Under the pieces are notes generated by a model. The model was not told where the DNA came from, searched no databases, and saw only the letters and a program-made list of their open reading frames with translations. A stretch of 44,065 bases of DNA from Thermoanaerobaculia bacterium (GTDB taxonomy: Bacteria; Acidobacteriota; Thermoanaerobaculia; UBA5066; Gp7-AA6), in the NCBI GenBank assembly GCA_038329555.1, contig JBBQNC010000002.1:1-44065 (forward strand), read 5' to 3'. This document shows, piece by piece, positions 18,457 to 27,850 of this stretch. Positions within the stretch are counted from its first letter, which is position 1. Each line of letters starts with the position of its first letter. The position numbers and the translations under genes were made by a program.

Positions 18457-20870
18457 CTTCGTGTCACGCCCGTTCGCGGGCGCAAGAATTTCGCAGGATC
18501 GGCGCTCCCTTCGCCGCTAGACTTCGCATCGTGCTGAAATCGGGCGCCAGCCTCCTCGCCGCGACCCTCCTGTTCGTCCTCGCGGGACCGTTGGGGGCGG
18601 CGGACAAGAAGTGGGTCGGGATCCACGAAGGCGGGTACGTCACCGCGATCGCGATCGACCCCGCATCTCCCTCGCGCGTCTACGCGGCGACCGCCCGCGG
18701 CCTGTTCGCGAGCACCGACGACGGCAAGACCTGGGTTCCCCTTTCGCACAGCCTGACCGGGCAGTTCGTCGGAACTCTCGCCATCGAGCCGGGATCGCCC
18801 TCCGCTCTATATGTCGGCACCAATGCCGGCGGCCTGCTTCGCACGCGAGGCCCCGGAAGCGCGTGGACGCGGCTCGATGGAGAGCGCGGAGCGTTCTTCG
18901 TTTCCGCGATCGCCTTCGACCCGGCCTCGCCGGGAACCGTCTACGCGGGAACGAACGGCGGCGTTCTGCGCAGCGTCGACGGAGGAGCTCGCTGGGAGGA
19001 GCGCAACCGCGGGCTCGGCAACTTGAACGTGACCTGTCTCGCGGTCGAGCCGGGCGGAGGCGTCTACGCGGGGACCAACTCTGGAGGAATCTTTCGAAGC
19101 ACGGACGGCGGCGCGAACTGGTCCGCCGCGAGCACGGGACTCCTCTCGAATTTCATCTGGGCGATCGTTCCTTTCCGAATGGGAGGGACCTCGGCTCTCT
19201 ACGCCGCCACCTACGAAGGGCTCTTTCAGAGCGTCGACCATGGCGCCACCTGGAAGAGCCTCTCGCGCGGGCTGCCGAGCACTTTCGTCCTTTCGATCGC
19301 CGTCGAACCGCAATCGGGAACGATCTACGCCGGCACGGCCGCCGGCATCTACCGGAGTGAAGACGGAGGCGCGCACTGGACCGGAGCCCGGACGGGCCTC
19401 GTCAACGAATTCGTGACCGTCCTCGCCATCCACCCGGCGTCTCCGCAGGTCCTGTACGCGGGAACTAACGGCGGCGTCTTCAAGACGCTCGACGCGGGCG
19501 AGCACTGGACCCCGGTTCGCCTCGTCGGCGAGCAACCCCCGGGCCGCCGTCCGGCGGCCGCCGCTCCGAAGGGAATCGAGCGCGCCGCGGGCACGGAAAA
19601 GGATTCCGTCTCGGTTGCGCAAGGGACCTCCGTCTCGGGCTCCACGCCCGCGAGTCCCGCCGGAGCGCCCGCGTCGCCGATCTCCTCCGCCGCCAAGCAA
19701 GCCGCCCAGCCCTCCTCGACCGCGAACCCCGTTGCGCAGCCGTCCTCGGCCGCGACGCCCCCGAGCGCGTCGGCCTCGTCGGAGGCGGTGCGCAATCCCT
19801 TCGACGCGGCGCAGCCCGCCGCTCCGTCCGCCGCGCCGGCCCAGGCTCTCGCCCAGCCGGCTCCGGCGCCGACCGGGACGGCGCCCGCGGCGCCCGCATC
19901 CACGGTCGCATCCGCACCCGGGACCGATACCGCGGAGCCGCCCGCCGAGGACCCGGGCGCCGGTGTCGTGGCGGCGTTCGCGCTCGATCGGGAGGGCACG
20001 ATCCTCCACGCGGCGACTTCCAACGGCGTCTACCGCAGCATGAACTCGGGCGAGAGCTGGATTCCCGGTCGCGGTGCGCTCGAGGCGGTTTCCATCTCCG
20101 CGATCGCCGTCGATCCCACGCGCGCGACCGTCGTGTACGCGGCCAGCGAGGGAGCGGGTGTCTTCCGCAGTGTGGACGGCGGCGCGTCGTGGGCCGCCTT
20201 CAACTCCGGACTGAGCAACGGAGACGTCTCGGCGCTCGCGGTCGACCCGGGCGCCCCCGGCGCGCTCTACGCGGCCACCGAAGAGGGAGTCTTCCGCAGC
20301 GCTCTGAACACCGAGAAGTGGCAGGCGGCGAGCGAGGGTCTCCCCGGATCGGTCGCGGGACTCGCATCCGCCGCGCCGGGAGCCCTCTATGCCGCCGCCA
20401 ACGACGGCCGCATTTTCAAGACGACGGATAGCGGCTCCCACTGGGCGCCGGTGGCGCCTCTCCCCTCGAAGGCCACGGTGCGCAGCCTCTCCGTGCCTCC
20501 GGGATTTCCCTCCACGGTCTTCGCGGCGACCGAGACGGGCATCTTCCGAAGCCTCGACGGCGCGACGACGTGGACTCCCGCAAACGGAGGACTCCCGGGC
20601 GTCGGCGTTCTCGGGGTCTGGGCCGACCCCTCGAAATCCTCGCGCCTGTATGCGGCGACCGTCGACGGGCTCTTTCGCAGCGTCGACAGCGGAATGACCT
20701 GGGCTCCGGTTGTGGCCCGCGCGGGAGCGCACTCGCTCGCGATCGGGCCGGGAAGCGGATCGACGCTCTACCTGGGCGGAGCGGGGGAAGTCTGGAAGAG
20801 TGGGGATTCCGGTCGGAACTGGACGGCCGTACCGCTTCGGTCGCGGCCTCAGGGCCCCACGACGCCCTGA
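18453..20870 (+). CDS. Secreted BNR/Asp-box (Ycf48-like) beta-propeller repeat protein with central Pro/Ala/Ser-rich linker
   Basis: Repeats of the form LRSVDGGARWEE, FRSTDGGANWSA, FQSVDHGATWKS, YRSEDGGAHWTG, FKTLDAGEHWTP, YRSMNSGESWIP, FRSVDGGASWAA, FKTTDSGSHWAP, FRSLDGATTWTP, FRSVDSGMTWAP and WKSGDSGRNWTA. The start is either the GTG at 18453 (GTGA overlap) or the GTG at 18531. Confidence 0.8.
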   Translation: MTSCHARSRAQEFRRIGAPFAARLRIVLKSGASLLAATLLFVLAGPLGAADKKWVGIHEGGYVTAIAIDPASPSRVYAATARGLFASTDDGKTWVPLSHSLTGQFVGTLAIEPGSPSALYVGTNAGGLLRTRGPGSAWTRLDGERGAFFVSAIAFDPASPGTVYAGTNGGVLRSVDGGARWEERNRGLGNLNVTCLAVEPGGGVYAGTNSGGIFRSTDGGANWSAASTGLLSNFIWAIVPFRMGGTSALYAATYEGLFQSVDHGATWKSLSRGLPSTFVLSIAVEPQSGTIYAGTAAGIYRSEDGGAHWTGARTGLVNEFVTVLAIHPASPQVLYAGTNGGVFKTLDAGEHWTPVRLVGEQPPGRRPAAAAPKGIERAAGTEKDSVSVAQGTSVSGSTPASPAGAPASPISSAAKQAAQPSSTANPVAQPSSAATPPSASASSEAVRNPFDAAQPAAPSAAPAQALAQPAPAPTGTAPAAPASTVASAPGTDTAEPPAEDPGAGVVAAFALDREGTILHAATSNGVYRSMNSGESWIPGRGALEAVSISAIAVDPTRATVVYAASEGAGVFRSVDGGASWAAFNSGLSNGDVSALAVDPGAPGALYAATEEGVFRSALNTEKWQAASEGLPGSVAGLASAAPGALYAAANDGRIFKTTDSGSHWAPVAPLPSKATVRSLSVPPGFPSTVFAATETGIFRSLDGATTWTPANGGLPGVGVLGVWADPSKSSRLYAATVDGLFRSVDSGMTWAPVVARAGAHSLAIGPGSGSTLYLGGAGEVWKSGDSGRNWTAVPLRSRPQGPTTP

Positions 20871-20905
20871 CGACGGGCGGCCGCGTCGGATAGGATCCCC
20901 GCCGC

Positions 20906-23128
20906 GTGAAACGGCGCCCGATCCTTCTCGGCATCCTGGGCATCCTCCTTCTCGGGGCCGGCGTCTGGCTGTACGAGAACGCTTCGCTCGCGCGTCTGCG
21001 GCGTGACTTCCTTCCGAGAATGCAGCGTCTCGAGCGCTGGCGTGACGCGGTCGAAGCCACGCGGCGCGCGCTCCGAAGCCGGACCGGGGACTCCGCCGAT
21101 CCCGGCGGGATCGCCCCGCTGCGCGGCTGGGCGTGGAACGGGATCGAGCGGAACGTCTGGGTCTCGCATCGCGTCGAAAAGCCCGACGAGGATTCGTCGG
21201 GGCTCCGCGAGCGGATCTCCGGCCGGGTCGTCTTCACCTTCGGCGGCGTGCGCGCCGACGGAGCCCGCGTCGAGCGGAGCGCCGCCGCGCGCGTCACCGC
21301 GGAGTGGACGCGTCCGAAAGACGGCGCGGGCGAAGAGGCGGCGCGCGTGTCTGTGGCCTTCGACCGTCCACTCGACGACCGGTCGAATGCGACGCCCCGG
21401 TTCCACGACGCGACGGCCGAGGCGGGACTCGGCGCCCAGCGACAGGATCCTCCGCTGCGCCGCACGAACCGGCTGATCGCCGACATCTGGCCCGGCTCCG
21501 GCGTCGCCGTGCTCGACTACGACCGGGACGGTTTCGAGGATCTCTTCGTCGCCGACGGCGTGCGCTCGATCCTCTACCGCAACGACGGCCACGGACGCTT
21601 CACGGACGTGACCTCCGCGGCCGGACTCGTGAGACCGTCGGGCAGGGACCTCGCCGCCACGGGAGTCGCGGCGGGAGACGTCGACGGCGACGGATATCCG
21701 GACCTCTTCGTCACCGACGCGTTCGGCCCCGCCCGCCTCTTCCGGAACAGGACCGACGGCACCTTCGAGGAGATCACGTCCCGGTCGGGGATCTCGGTCG
21801 CCGGAAACGCGCGCTCCGCGGCGTTCGCCGACGTCGACGGCGACGGGGATCTCGACCTTTTCGTTTGCGTGACGGGCGACTACTACGCGCAGATGCCAGA
21901 TCCGCCGTTCGACGCGAACGACGGCCGCCCCAATCACCTGTACTCGAACGACGGGCACGGCCGCTTCGCCGACGTGACGGCCGCGTGGGGTCTCGCCGGA
22001 TTGACCCGCTGGTCCCTGTCCTCGCTCTTCGCCGACTACGACGGCGACGGGCGAACCGACCTGCTCGTCACCAACGACTTCGGGCTGAAGAATCTCTACC
22101 GCAACGAAGAGGGCCGCCGGTTTCGCGACGTCACGAAAAAGACGGGCACGGAGGTCCGCGCCTACGGGATGTCCGGCGCATGGGCCGACTTCGACGGCGA
22201 CGGGCGCCTCGACCTGTACACGACGGGGACGGACACCCAGTGGTACTTCCTGCACGAGTACCCCTCGCTGCCGATCGGGCTGCCGGGTCGCCTCTTCCTG
22301 CCGATCGCGATCCGCTGGATGGAGACGATGTCCCGTGGGAACACTCTTCTCCTTCAGACGCCGGATCACCGGTTCGCGGACGCGACGGAGCGATCCGGCG
22401 CCCGGTACGCGGGCTGGAACTGGAGCGCGGTCGCCGCGGACCTGGACGACGATTCGTGGCCCGACATCTTCGCGACGAACGGCATGTGGGGGGATGGCCG
22501 CGACCACGACCGGGAGCTCGAGTTCTGGTGGGATTCCCTCGCCTACTGGGACGACTATGTCGCCGGGCGCAAGACCTTCGACCGAAAGGGAGCGGGAATC
22601 GCGGGCATCGAACGGGACCGATTCTTCCGAAACCGGGGCTCGGGTAGCGGCTCGCCGATGTTCGAGGAGCGCGGGTACCTCGACGGGCTCGATCTCGAGA
22701 CGAACGGCCGTGCGGCGGTGGCCTTCGACGCCAACGGCGACGGCGCGCTCGATCTCTACGTGCGGTCCGTCCAGGCTCCCGAGGCTCTCTTCCTGGGAAG
22801 CCGCCGCTCCGGCGAGCACTACCTTCGCGTGCGCCTGCGCGGCACTCCCGGGCTCGACAACCGCGACGGCGTCGGATCCGCCTTGATCGCGTCGCTGCCC
22901 GGAGGCCGGCGCGTCCTGCTCGAAACCGGCAACGCGAGCGGTTACCTTTCGACGGCCAGTCCGATCGCCCACATCGGCCTCGGGCCCGCCACGCGCGTCG
23001 AGAAGCTCACCGTTCGCTGGCCCTCCGGCCGGCTCCAGGACCTCGGACGTATCGAGCGCGTGGACCGCACCATTTCGGTCGACGAGACGAGCGGCATCGT
23101 CGACGATTCCGGCTCCTCGCTGCCGTAA
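20906..23128 (+). CDS. CRTAC1-family FG-GAP/VCBS repeat protein with ASPIC/UnbV C-terminal domain
   Basis: N-terminal TM anchor. Repeats are DYDRDGFEDLFVADG, GDVDGDGYPDLFVTD, ADVDGDGDLDLFVC, DYDGDGRTDLLVTN and DFDGDGRLDLYTT. C-terminal GVGSALIA...GNASGYLSTASPIAHIGLG...LTVRWPSG is present. Confidence 0.85.
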   Translation: MKRRPILLGILGILLLGAGVWLYENASLARLRRDFLPRMQRLERWRDAVEATRRALRSRTGDSADPGGIAPLRGWAWNGIERNVWVSHRVEKPDEDSSGLRERISGRVVFTFGGVRADGARVERSAAARVTAEWTRPKDGAGEEAARVSVAFDRPLDDRSNATPRFHDATAEAGLGAQRQDPPLRRTNRLIADIWPGSGVAVLDYDRDGFEDLFVADGVRSILYRNDGHGRFTDVTSAAGLVRPSGRDLAATGVAAGDVDGDGYPDLFVTDAFGPARLFRNRTDGTFEEITSRSGISVAGNARSAAFADVDGDGDLDLFVCVTGDYYAQMPDPPFDANDGRPNHLYSNDGHGRFADVTAAWGLAGLTRWSLSSLFADYDGDGRTDLLVTNDFGLKNLYRNEEGRRFRDVTKKTGTEVRAYGMSGAWADFDGDGRLDLYTTGTDTQWYFLHEYPSLPIGLPGRLFLPIAIRWMETMSRGNTLLLQTPDHRFADATERSGARYAGWNWSAVAADLDDDSWPDIFATNGMWGDGRDHDRELEFWWDSLAYWDDYVAGRKTFDRKGAGIAGIERDRFFRNRGSGSGSPMFEERGYLDGLDLETNGRAAVAFDANGDGALDLYVRSVQAPEALFLGSRRSGEHYLRVRLRGTPGLDNRDGVGSALIASLPGGRRVLLETGNASGYLSTASPIAHIGLGPATRVEKLTVRWPSGRLQDLGRIERVDRTISVDETSGIVDDSGSSLP

Positions 23129-23137
23129 ACTACGCCG

Positions 23138-24787
23138 ATGGAGACCATGGCGCCCCCGTCCCCTTCTTCCTCGGCCTCGCCCTCGCCGGCCCCTTCCACC
23201 TCTTCTTCGCAGTACGACGTGGTCATCGTGGGCGGCGCGGTTTCGGGCGCCTCGACGGCGATTCTGCTGAAGCGCCAGATGCCGCACCTTCGCATCCTCG
23301 TCGTCGAGAAGGCGGACCGATTCGACTGGAAAGTCGGCGAGTCGACCGTCGAGATCTCCGCCTATTTCCTGACCCGCGTCCTGAAGCAGTACGACCACCT
23401 CTCGCGGGAGCAGCTCCCGAAGCAGGCCTTCCGCTACTGGTTCGTCAACGACCAGGTGACGTGCCTTCGCGAGGCGTCCGAAGTGGGGCCGACCCAGCTC
23501 GCCCGAACGCCGTCCTTTCAGCTGGACCGGTCGAAGCTCGACGAGCACCTCTTGAAGGTCGCCGCCGAGGAGGGCAGCGAAGTCTTGCGGCCCGCGCGGG
23601 TCACCGGCTTCGAGCTGCAGGGCGAGTCCGGGAACCGCCTGACCGTCGAAAGGGAGGACGGGGAGAGAGTCGAGATAAGCGCGCGCTGGATCGTCGACGC
23701 CACCGGACGCCACGCGATGCTCGCCCGCAAGCGCGGGGGCGTGACCCCGATCGAATCGCATCCGATCTCGGCGATCTGGGTCCGCTATCGCGGCGTCAAG
23801 GACATGGACGGGCCGGAAGTCGCGGGGACCGATCCCTCCGATCCCTTCGCCCGCGCCGTCCTGGCCTCGCGGCGGCTCGCGACGAACCACTTCAACGGCT
23901 ACGGCTATTGGATCTGGTTCATACCCCTCCGCGACGGCGAGACGAGCGTCGGTCTGGTCTGGGACAAGAGGCTGGTCCAGCCCGAAGGCGACACGCCGTT
24001 CGACAGGCTGCGCCGCTTTCTCGACTCGAACCCGCTGACGCGCGAGCTTCTCGAGCATGCGACCCCCGTGGAAGGCGACTGCCGCTCGTACGGCAGCCTC
24101 CCCTATTTCGTCGACGCGTTCATCGGTCCGGGTTGGACGTGCGTCGGAGACGCGGGCGGCTTCCTCGATCCGTTTTACTCCCCGGGCCTCGATCAGATGG
24201 CGTTCTCCGTCTACACGCGCGTCGAGCTGATCAAGAAGGCGCTCTCGGGCGCTCTTGCCGAGGAGATGGAGAAGGCGTATGCGGAGCACAACCGGTGTTA
24301 CGGGCGCTACTTCCACTACTTCTACGACTCGATCTACAAGGACAAGTACTACGTCATGGGGGACTACGACCTCATGACGTCCGCCTTCCTTCTCGACACG
24401 GGTCTCTACTACGCGGCTGCGATCATGCCCGTGTACCGGTGGTCGCACGACCGGCTGGGCTTTCCCCCCTTCTTCCAGGATGGCGCGGAGGTCGGTTACT
24501 ACCCGATCCGCTTCTACAACCGACGGCTGACCGCGATCGCCAAACGGAAGAAGACCCTTGGCATCTATGGAAACCACAACCACGGCCGCCGGCCGGGCTT
24601 CGTCGGCTACTCGGTCCGCTCCTCCCTCTTCGTCATGATCGCGCACGGGCTGCTGCGCTGGTGGAAGGCCGAGCTCGCCAACGCCTGGACGTACGTCGTT
24701 CGGCCCCGCCCGATCGCGGCCGCGGAACCCGAGGCGCCGGGCGAGGAGCAGCCCGAGCGGCCTCCGGTCCCGCGCGCCGCCTCCTGA
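23138..24787 (+). CDS. FAD-dependent halogenase-like oxidoreductase (tryptophan-halogenase family fold)
   Basis: Dinucleotide fold YDVVIVGGAVSGASTA, WKVGESTVE, WxWxIP motif YWIWFIP, and FxxPxxSxG motif FLDPFYSPG. There is an N-terminal Pro/Ser-rich leader. Confidence 0.65.
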   Translation: METMAPPSPSSSASPSPAPSTSSSQYDVVIVGGAVSGASTAILLKRQMPHLRILVVEKADRFDWKVGESTVEISAYFLTRVLKQYDHLSREQLPKQAFRYWFVNDQVTCLREASEVGPTQLARTPSFQLDRSKLDEHLLKVAAEEGSEVLRPARVTGFELQGESGNRLTVEREDGERVEISARWIVDATGRHAMLARKRGGVTPIESHPISAIWVRYRGVKDMDGPEVAGTDPSDPFARAVLASRRLATNHFNGYGYWIWFIPLRDGETSVGLVWDKRLVQPEGDTPFDRLRRFLDSNPLTRELLEHATPVEGDCRSYGSLPYFVDAFIGPGWTCVGDAGGFLDPFYSPGLDQMAFSVYTRVELIKKALSGALAEEMEKAYAEHNRCYGRYFHYFYDSIYKDKYYVMGDYDLMTSAFLLDTGLYYAAAIMPVYRWSHDRLGFPPFFQDGAEVGYYPIRFYNRRLTAIAKRKKTLGIYGNHNHGRRPGFVGYSVRSSLFVMIAHGLLRWWKAELANAWTYVVRPRPIAAAEPEAPGEEQPERPPVPRAAS

Positions 24788-24791
24788 CCGA

Positions 24792-25589
24792 GTGACCGCC
24801 GGCCCGGGGCGCCCGACCGCGCTCGTGACCGGAGCGTCGAGCGGCATCGGCCGGGAAATCGCCCGGCTCCTCGCGGCGGACGGGTACACGCTCGCGCTCG
24901 TCGCGCGCAACGCGGCGAGGCTCGAAGAACTGGCGCACGAGCTCCGCGCGGCGCACGGGACGATCTCCGCGGTGATCCCGCGCGATCTCGCCGCGGACGA
25001 CGCGTCGCGCGAAGTCCTCGCCGAGGTCGAGAGGCAGGGTCTCGCCGTCGACGTCCTCGTCAACAACGCCGGCGCCGGCGTCTACGGGCCGTTCGCCGAG
25101 ACCGACCTCGGTCGCGAGCTCGAGACGATTCGCCTGAACGTCGTCGCCGTTACCGCTCTCGCGAAAGGCGTGTTGCCGCAGATGCTGCGCCGCCGCTCCG
25201 GGCGGATCCTGAACGTCGCTTCGACGGCCGCCTTCCAGCCCGGGCCCCTGATGGCCGTCTACTACGCCACGAAGGCCTACGTGCTGTCCTTCTCGGAGGC
25301 GATCGCCAACGAGCTCGCGGGGACCGGCGTCACCGTGACGGCCCTCTGCCCGGGACCCACTGTGACCGAATTTCAGAACGCCGCCGGGCTCACGAGAACG
25401 CCGCTCTTCACGGACCCGCTCGTCATGGACGCCCGGCGCGTGGCGCGGGCCGGATACGAGGGGATGCTGCGCGGGCGTCCGGTCGTGATCCCCGGTCTTC
25501 CGAACAAGTTGATGGTGCAGGCTCTCCGCCTCGCTCCGCGGCGCGCCGTCACGGCGATCGCTCGCCGCATCCAGGAGACCCGGGGCTGA
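24792..25589 (+). CDS. Short-chain dehydrogenase/reductase (SDR)
   Basis: ALVTGASSGIGREIA, LVNNAGAG and YYATKAYVLSFSEA (YxxxK) are present. GTG start. Confidence 0.88.
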   Translation: MTAGPGRPTALVTGASSGIGREIARLLAADGYTLALVARNAARLEELAHELRAAHGTISAVIPRDLAADDASREVLAEVERQGLAVDVLVNNAGAGVYGPFAETDLGRELETIRLNVVAVTALAKGVLPQMLRRRSGRILNVASTAAFQPGPLMAVYYATKAYVLSFSEAIANELAGTGVTVTALCPGPTVTEFQNAAGLTRTPLFTDPLVMDARRVARAGYEGMLRGRPVVIPGLPNKLMVQALRLAPRRAVTAIARRIQETRG

Positions 25590-25656
25590 CGGATCCGTCC
25601 CTGCGCTCGAGACTTCGAGAGGCGATGCGCGCGCCCGCCGAAAGACGAGGAACCGG

Positions 25657-26468
25657 ATGAAGCGAGTCGTCCTGTTCGTCGCGGAAGCCGCGGTTTGCGT
25701 TCCCGGCTACCTCTTCCTGATGAGCGACACGAAGGGAAGCGCCGCCGGGGTCGGCGTCGTGCTGCCCGCGCTGCTGCTCGCCGTGGCGATGGCGGGCCTG
25801 AACTGGCTCTTCTTTCGCCGGGAGGGCGAGTCGCTCGCCGCGATCGGGTGGGATGCTCCCTCTCGACGTCTGCGGCAGTTGCGACAGCGTCCGCCTGGGG
25901 CTGCGCCGTCGTCGCGTCCTGGGGCCTCATCCTGTGGATCGTCGCCTCCGCTCGATGGCATCCCTACGAGCGATGGGACCGCCAAGGCGCCGTCCTCAGG
26001 CTGGCGTTCTGCCTCTTCAACAATGCGGCGGAGGAGTTTGCCTATCGAGGCCACCTCCTGTGGAAGCTCGCACACCGGTTCGGATCCACCGCCGCGGTCC
26101 TGTCGACGTCGGCACTCTTCGCCTTGGTGCACGTGCAGGCGGGTGTGCCACTCGCGAGCGCGGCCGCGGTCGTGTTCACGTCGGCCCTTCTCTTTTCGGT
26201 GCTGGTTCTCCGCTGGCGAAGCCTGCCGCTCGTCATCGGCTTTCCCACGAACGTCGCCCAGGAGGTCCTCGGTTTCCGGGTCAGTCCCCTGACGTTCTGG
26301 CGGCCGGGCTTCCCGGAGATGACGACGACGCAGAGAGGCGGAGTGCTCGTCCTGACGGCTCTCGTCAACCTCGTGATCGCGTGGTCCCTGGTCCGGTCGA
26401 TGAGCAGGCGCGAGGCGGCGGCCAGGCGAGTCCGGGAGGACCCATCCGACGGGCCGAGTCCGGGCTAG
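25657..26468 (+). pseudogene. CPBP-family intramembrane metalloprotease (CAAX protease/Abi), frameshifted near 25850-25870
   Basis: The N-terminal TM helices are in the frame of 25657 (GAGGA RBS). Catalytic motifs NNAAEEFAYRGHL (EExxxR) and LFALVH (FxxxH) are in the frame of 25695..26468. Confidence 0.6.
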
Positions 26469-26518
26469 GGACTACCGGCGCGTCTGGGCCGCCCTCCGGG
26501 GCATCCCCCTCACCCGGA

Positions 26519-26553
26519 CCCTCTCCCCCGGCCGCGGGGGAGAGGGAATTTCT
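26519..26553 (+). terminator. Rho-independent terminator-like hairpin after the CPBP gene
   Basis: CCCTCTCCCCC-GGCCGC-GGGGGAGAGGG forms a perfect 11-bp stem, followed by AATTTCT. Confidence 0.55.
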
Positions 26554-27319
26554 ACTGGCCGCCCTTCGCGACGCGGCCTCGGCTCGAACCCCCGGGATCT
26601 GCACTTCGATTGGTGGACGCGTTCGCCAAGAATTCGAACCGTCGCGGAGATCCCTTTTGAGGCCGTCCTGTTCGAGACCTCCGTCCCCTTGCATCGCCAG
26701 ATCGCCTCTGAGGCCAAGCGTTTGCGCGCACTGAATCTCAGTCTCGCCGCGATCGCAGACCATTTGGGCGTTTGCAGGAGGACAGTCACCAACGCGCTCG
26801 CCTCGATCAAATCGCGGGAGTAGAAGCGCACTCCCTAGAAATAGTGTCGGCCCGCCGACACCGTCCGGGGCGCCGAAGCACACGAATTCTGTGCCGTTGG
26901 CGAGGGCGCCTCGGTTGGCTTCGTTTCGCAGAAGGTGTGCCGCGGCCCGACAGGAGCCGGTGGCTTCGTTTAGCAGAAATGAGTTGACGGCTGATAGCTA
27001 CCAGCTCCGGCCCTCCTTCTTGCGCCGCCCATCCTGCAGCCGCTCGAGCATGGCGATCGCCTTCTCCTCGAGCCGGTTCAAGTGTGCCGCGTACCGCATG
27101 ATCTTGTTCATTTCCGCTTCGTCCGGGATCAGAGAGCGCTCGATCGCGGCTTCGTCCGGGACGGTCTTTGCGCGCAGATCCCACATCGCATCGAGGACGC
27201 TATCCATGGTCGAGCGAAACCGCTGCTTCAGGTCTTCGAGGTCAGCCCGGGTCGAGGCCAGCGAAGAGCGCCTTGAGTTCGTCCTCCTTCGGGTCGTCGG
27301 CGTCGCCGGCCTTCTCGGA

Positions 27320-27850
27320 TTACACGAAAGCCATAAAGGCGGCTTCCTCCTCGATTCTGGCGCTGTCGTTCCTAAGCCGTTCAACGAGATCGAGCTGCTC
27401 CCGCAGCTCCGCCGCAGTTACAACGGGGCGACGCTTAGGATCGTGGATCGAACCAAGCTTCCTTCCCATCGGGATCATGCCCAGGCGATCCTCGGTGGCT
27501 CGAGACCTCGCGGCTTCGATCGTCGCGGACAGCCGCTCAGAGATGCCTGCCGTCTCGTAGCGCTGCAGGCGCAATTTGTTCCAGTTGATCACGGCGATCT
27601 CCTCCATCTTCACCTCCTCCAGCACACCGATGGGCTGGTAGTGTGCCCGGAGACTCTCGAGCAGTGCGTAGAATTTGGCCGGGTCCTCCACTAGGGGCGG
27701 CCCGAGCACGACGACCTTCTTGGCGAGGATTCCGTGAGCCAGGGCGTTGAGGCTCGAGATGACCTTCCCGCTAGCGGTCCGGGGCCCCGTGCTCTTCTTT
27801 GAGTTTTCGCGGTTCGCCGCGAGTTTGCGATCTGAGATTGGAAGTTCCAT
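27320..27850 (-). CDS. Hypothetical protein (possibly the N-terminal part of a broken longer gene)
   Basis: ATG at 27850 with TAGGAG 6 nt upstream. N-terminus is MELPISDRKLAANRENSKKSTGPRTASGKVISSLNALAHGI. The reading continues after a TAA and a frameshift into 26998-27250. Confidence 0.5.
   Translation of the reverse strand: MELPISDRKLAANRENSKKSTGPRTASGKVISSLNALAHGILAKKVVVLGPPLVEDPAKFYALLESLRAHYQPIGVLEEVKMEEIAVINWNKLRLQRYETAGISERLSATIEAARSRATEDRLGMIPMGRKLGSIHDPKRRPVVTAAELREQLDLVERLRNDSARIEEEAAFMAFV

Noticed and set aside
18807-20732. A 641-aa minus-strand ORF opposite the BNR-repeat gene, and similar long antisense ORFs in the GT, PAS and pyr regions
   Set aside because: These are the same high-GC antisense artefact. 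They have no motifs and no RBS, and the opposite strand is clearly coding.
20849-25066. A 1405-aa uninterrupted ORF on the minus strand spanning three genes
   Set aside because: It is antisense to, and codon-aligned with, the CRTAC1-like gene (20906) and the halogenase-like gene (23138), which share the same phase modulo 3. In genes with very high third-position G+C the aligned antisense frame rarely contains stops. The product is Arg/Gly/Asp/Pro-rich without motifs, whereas the sense strand carries clear domains.
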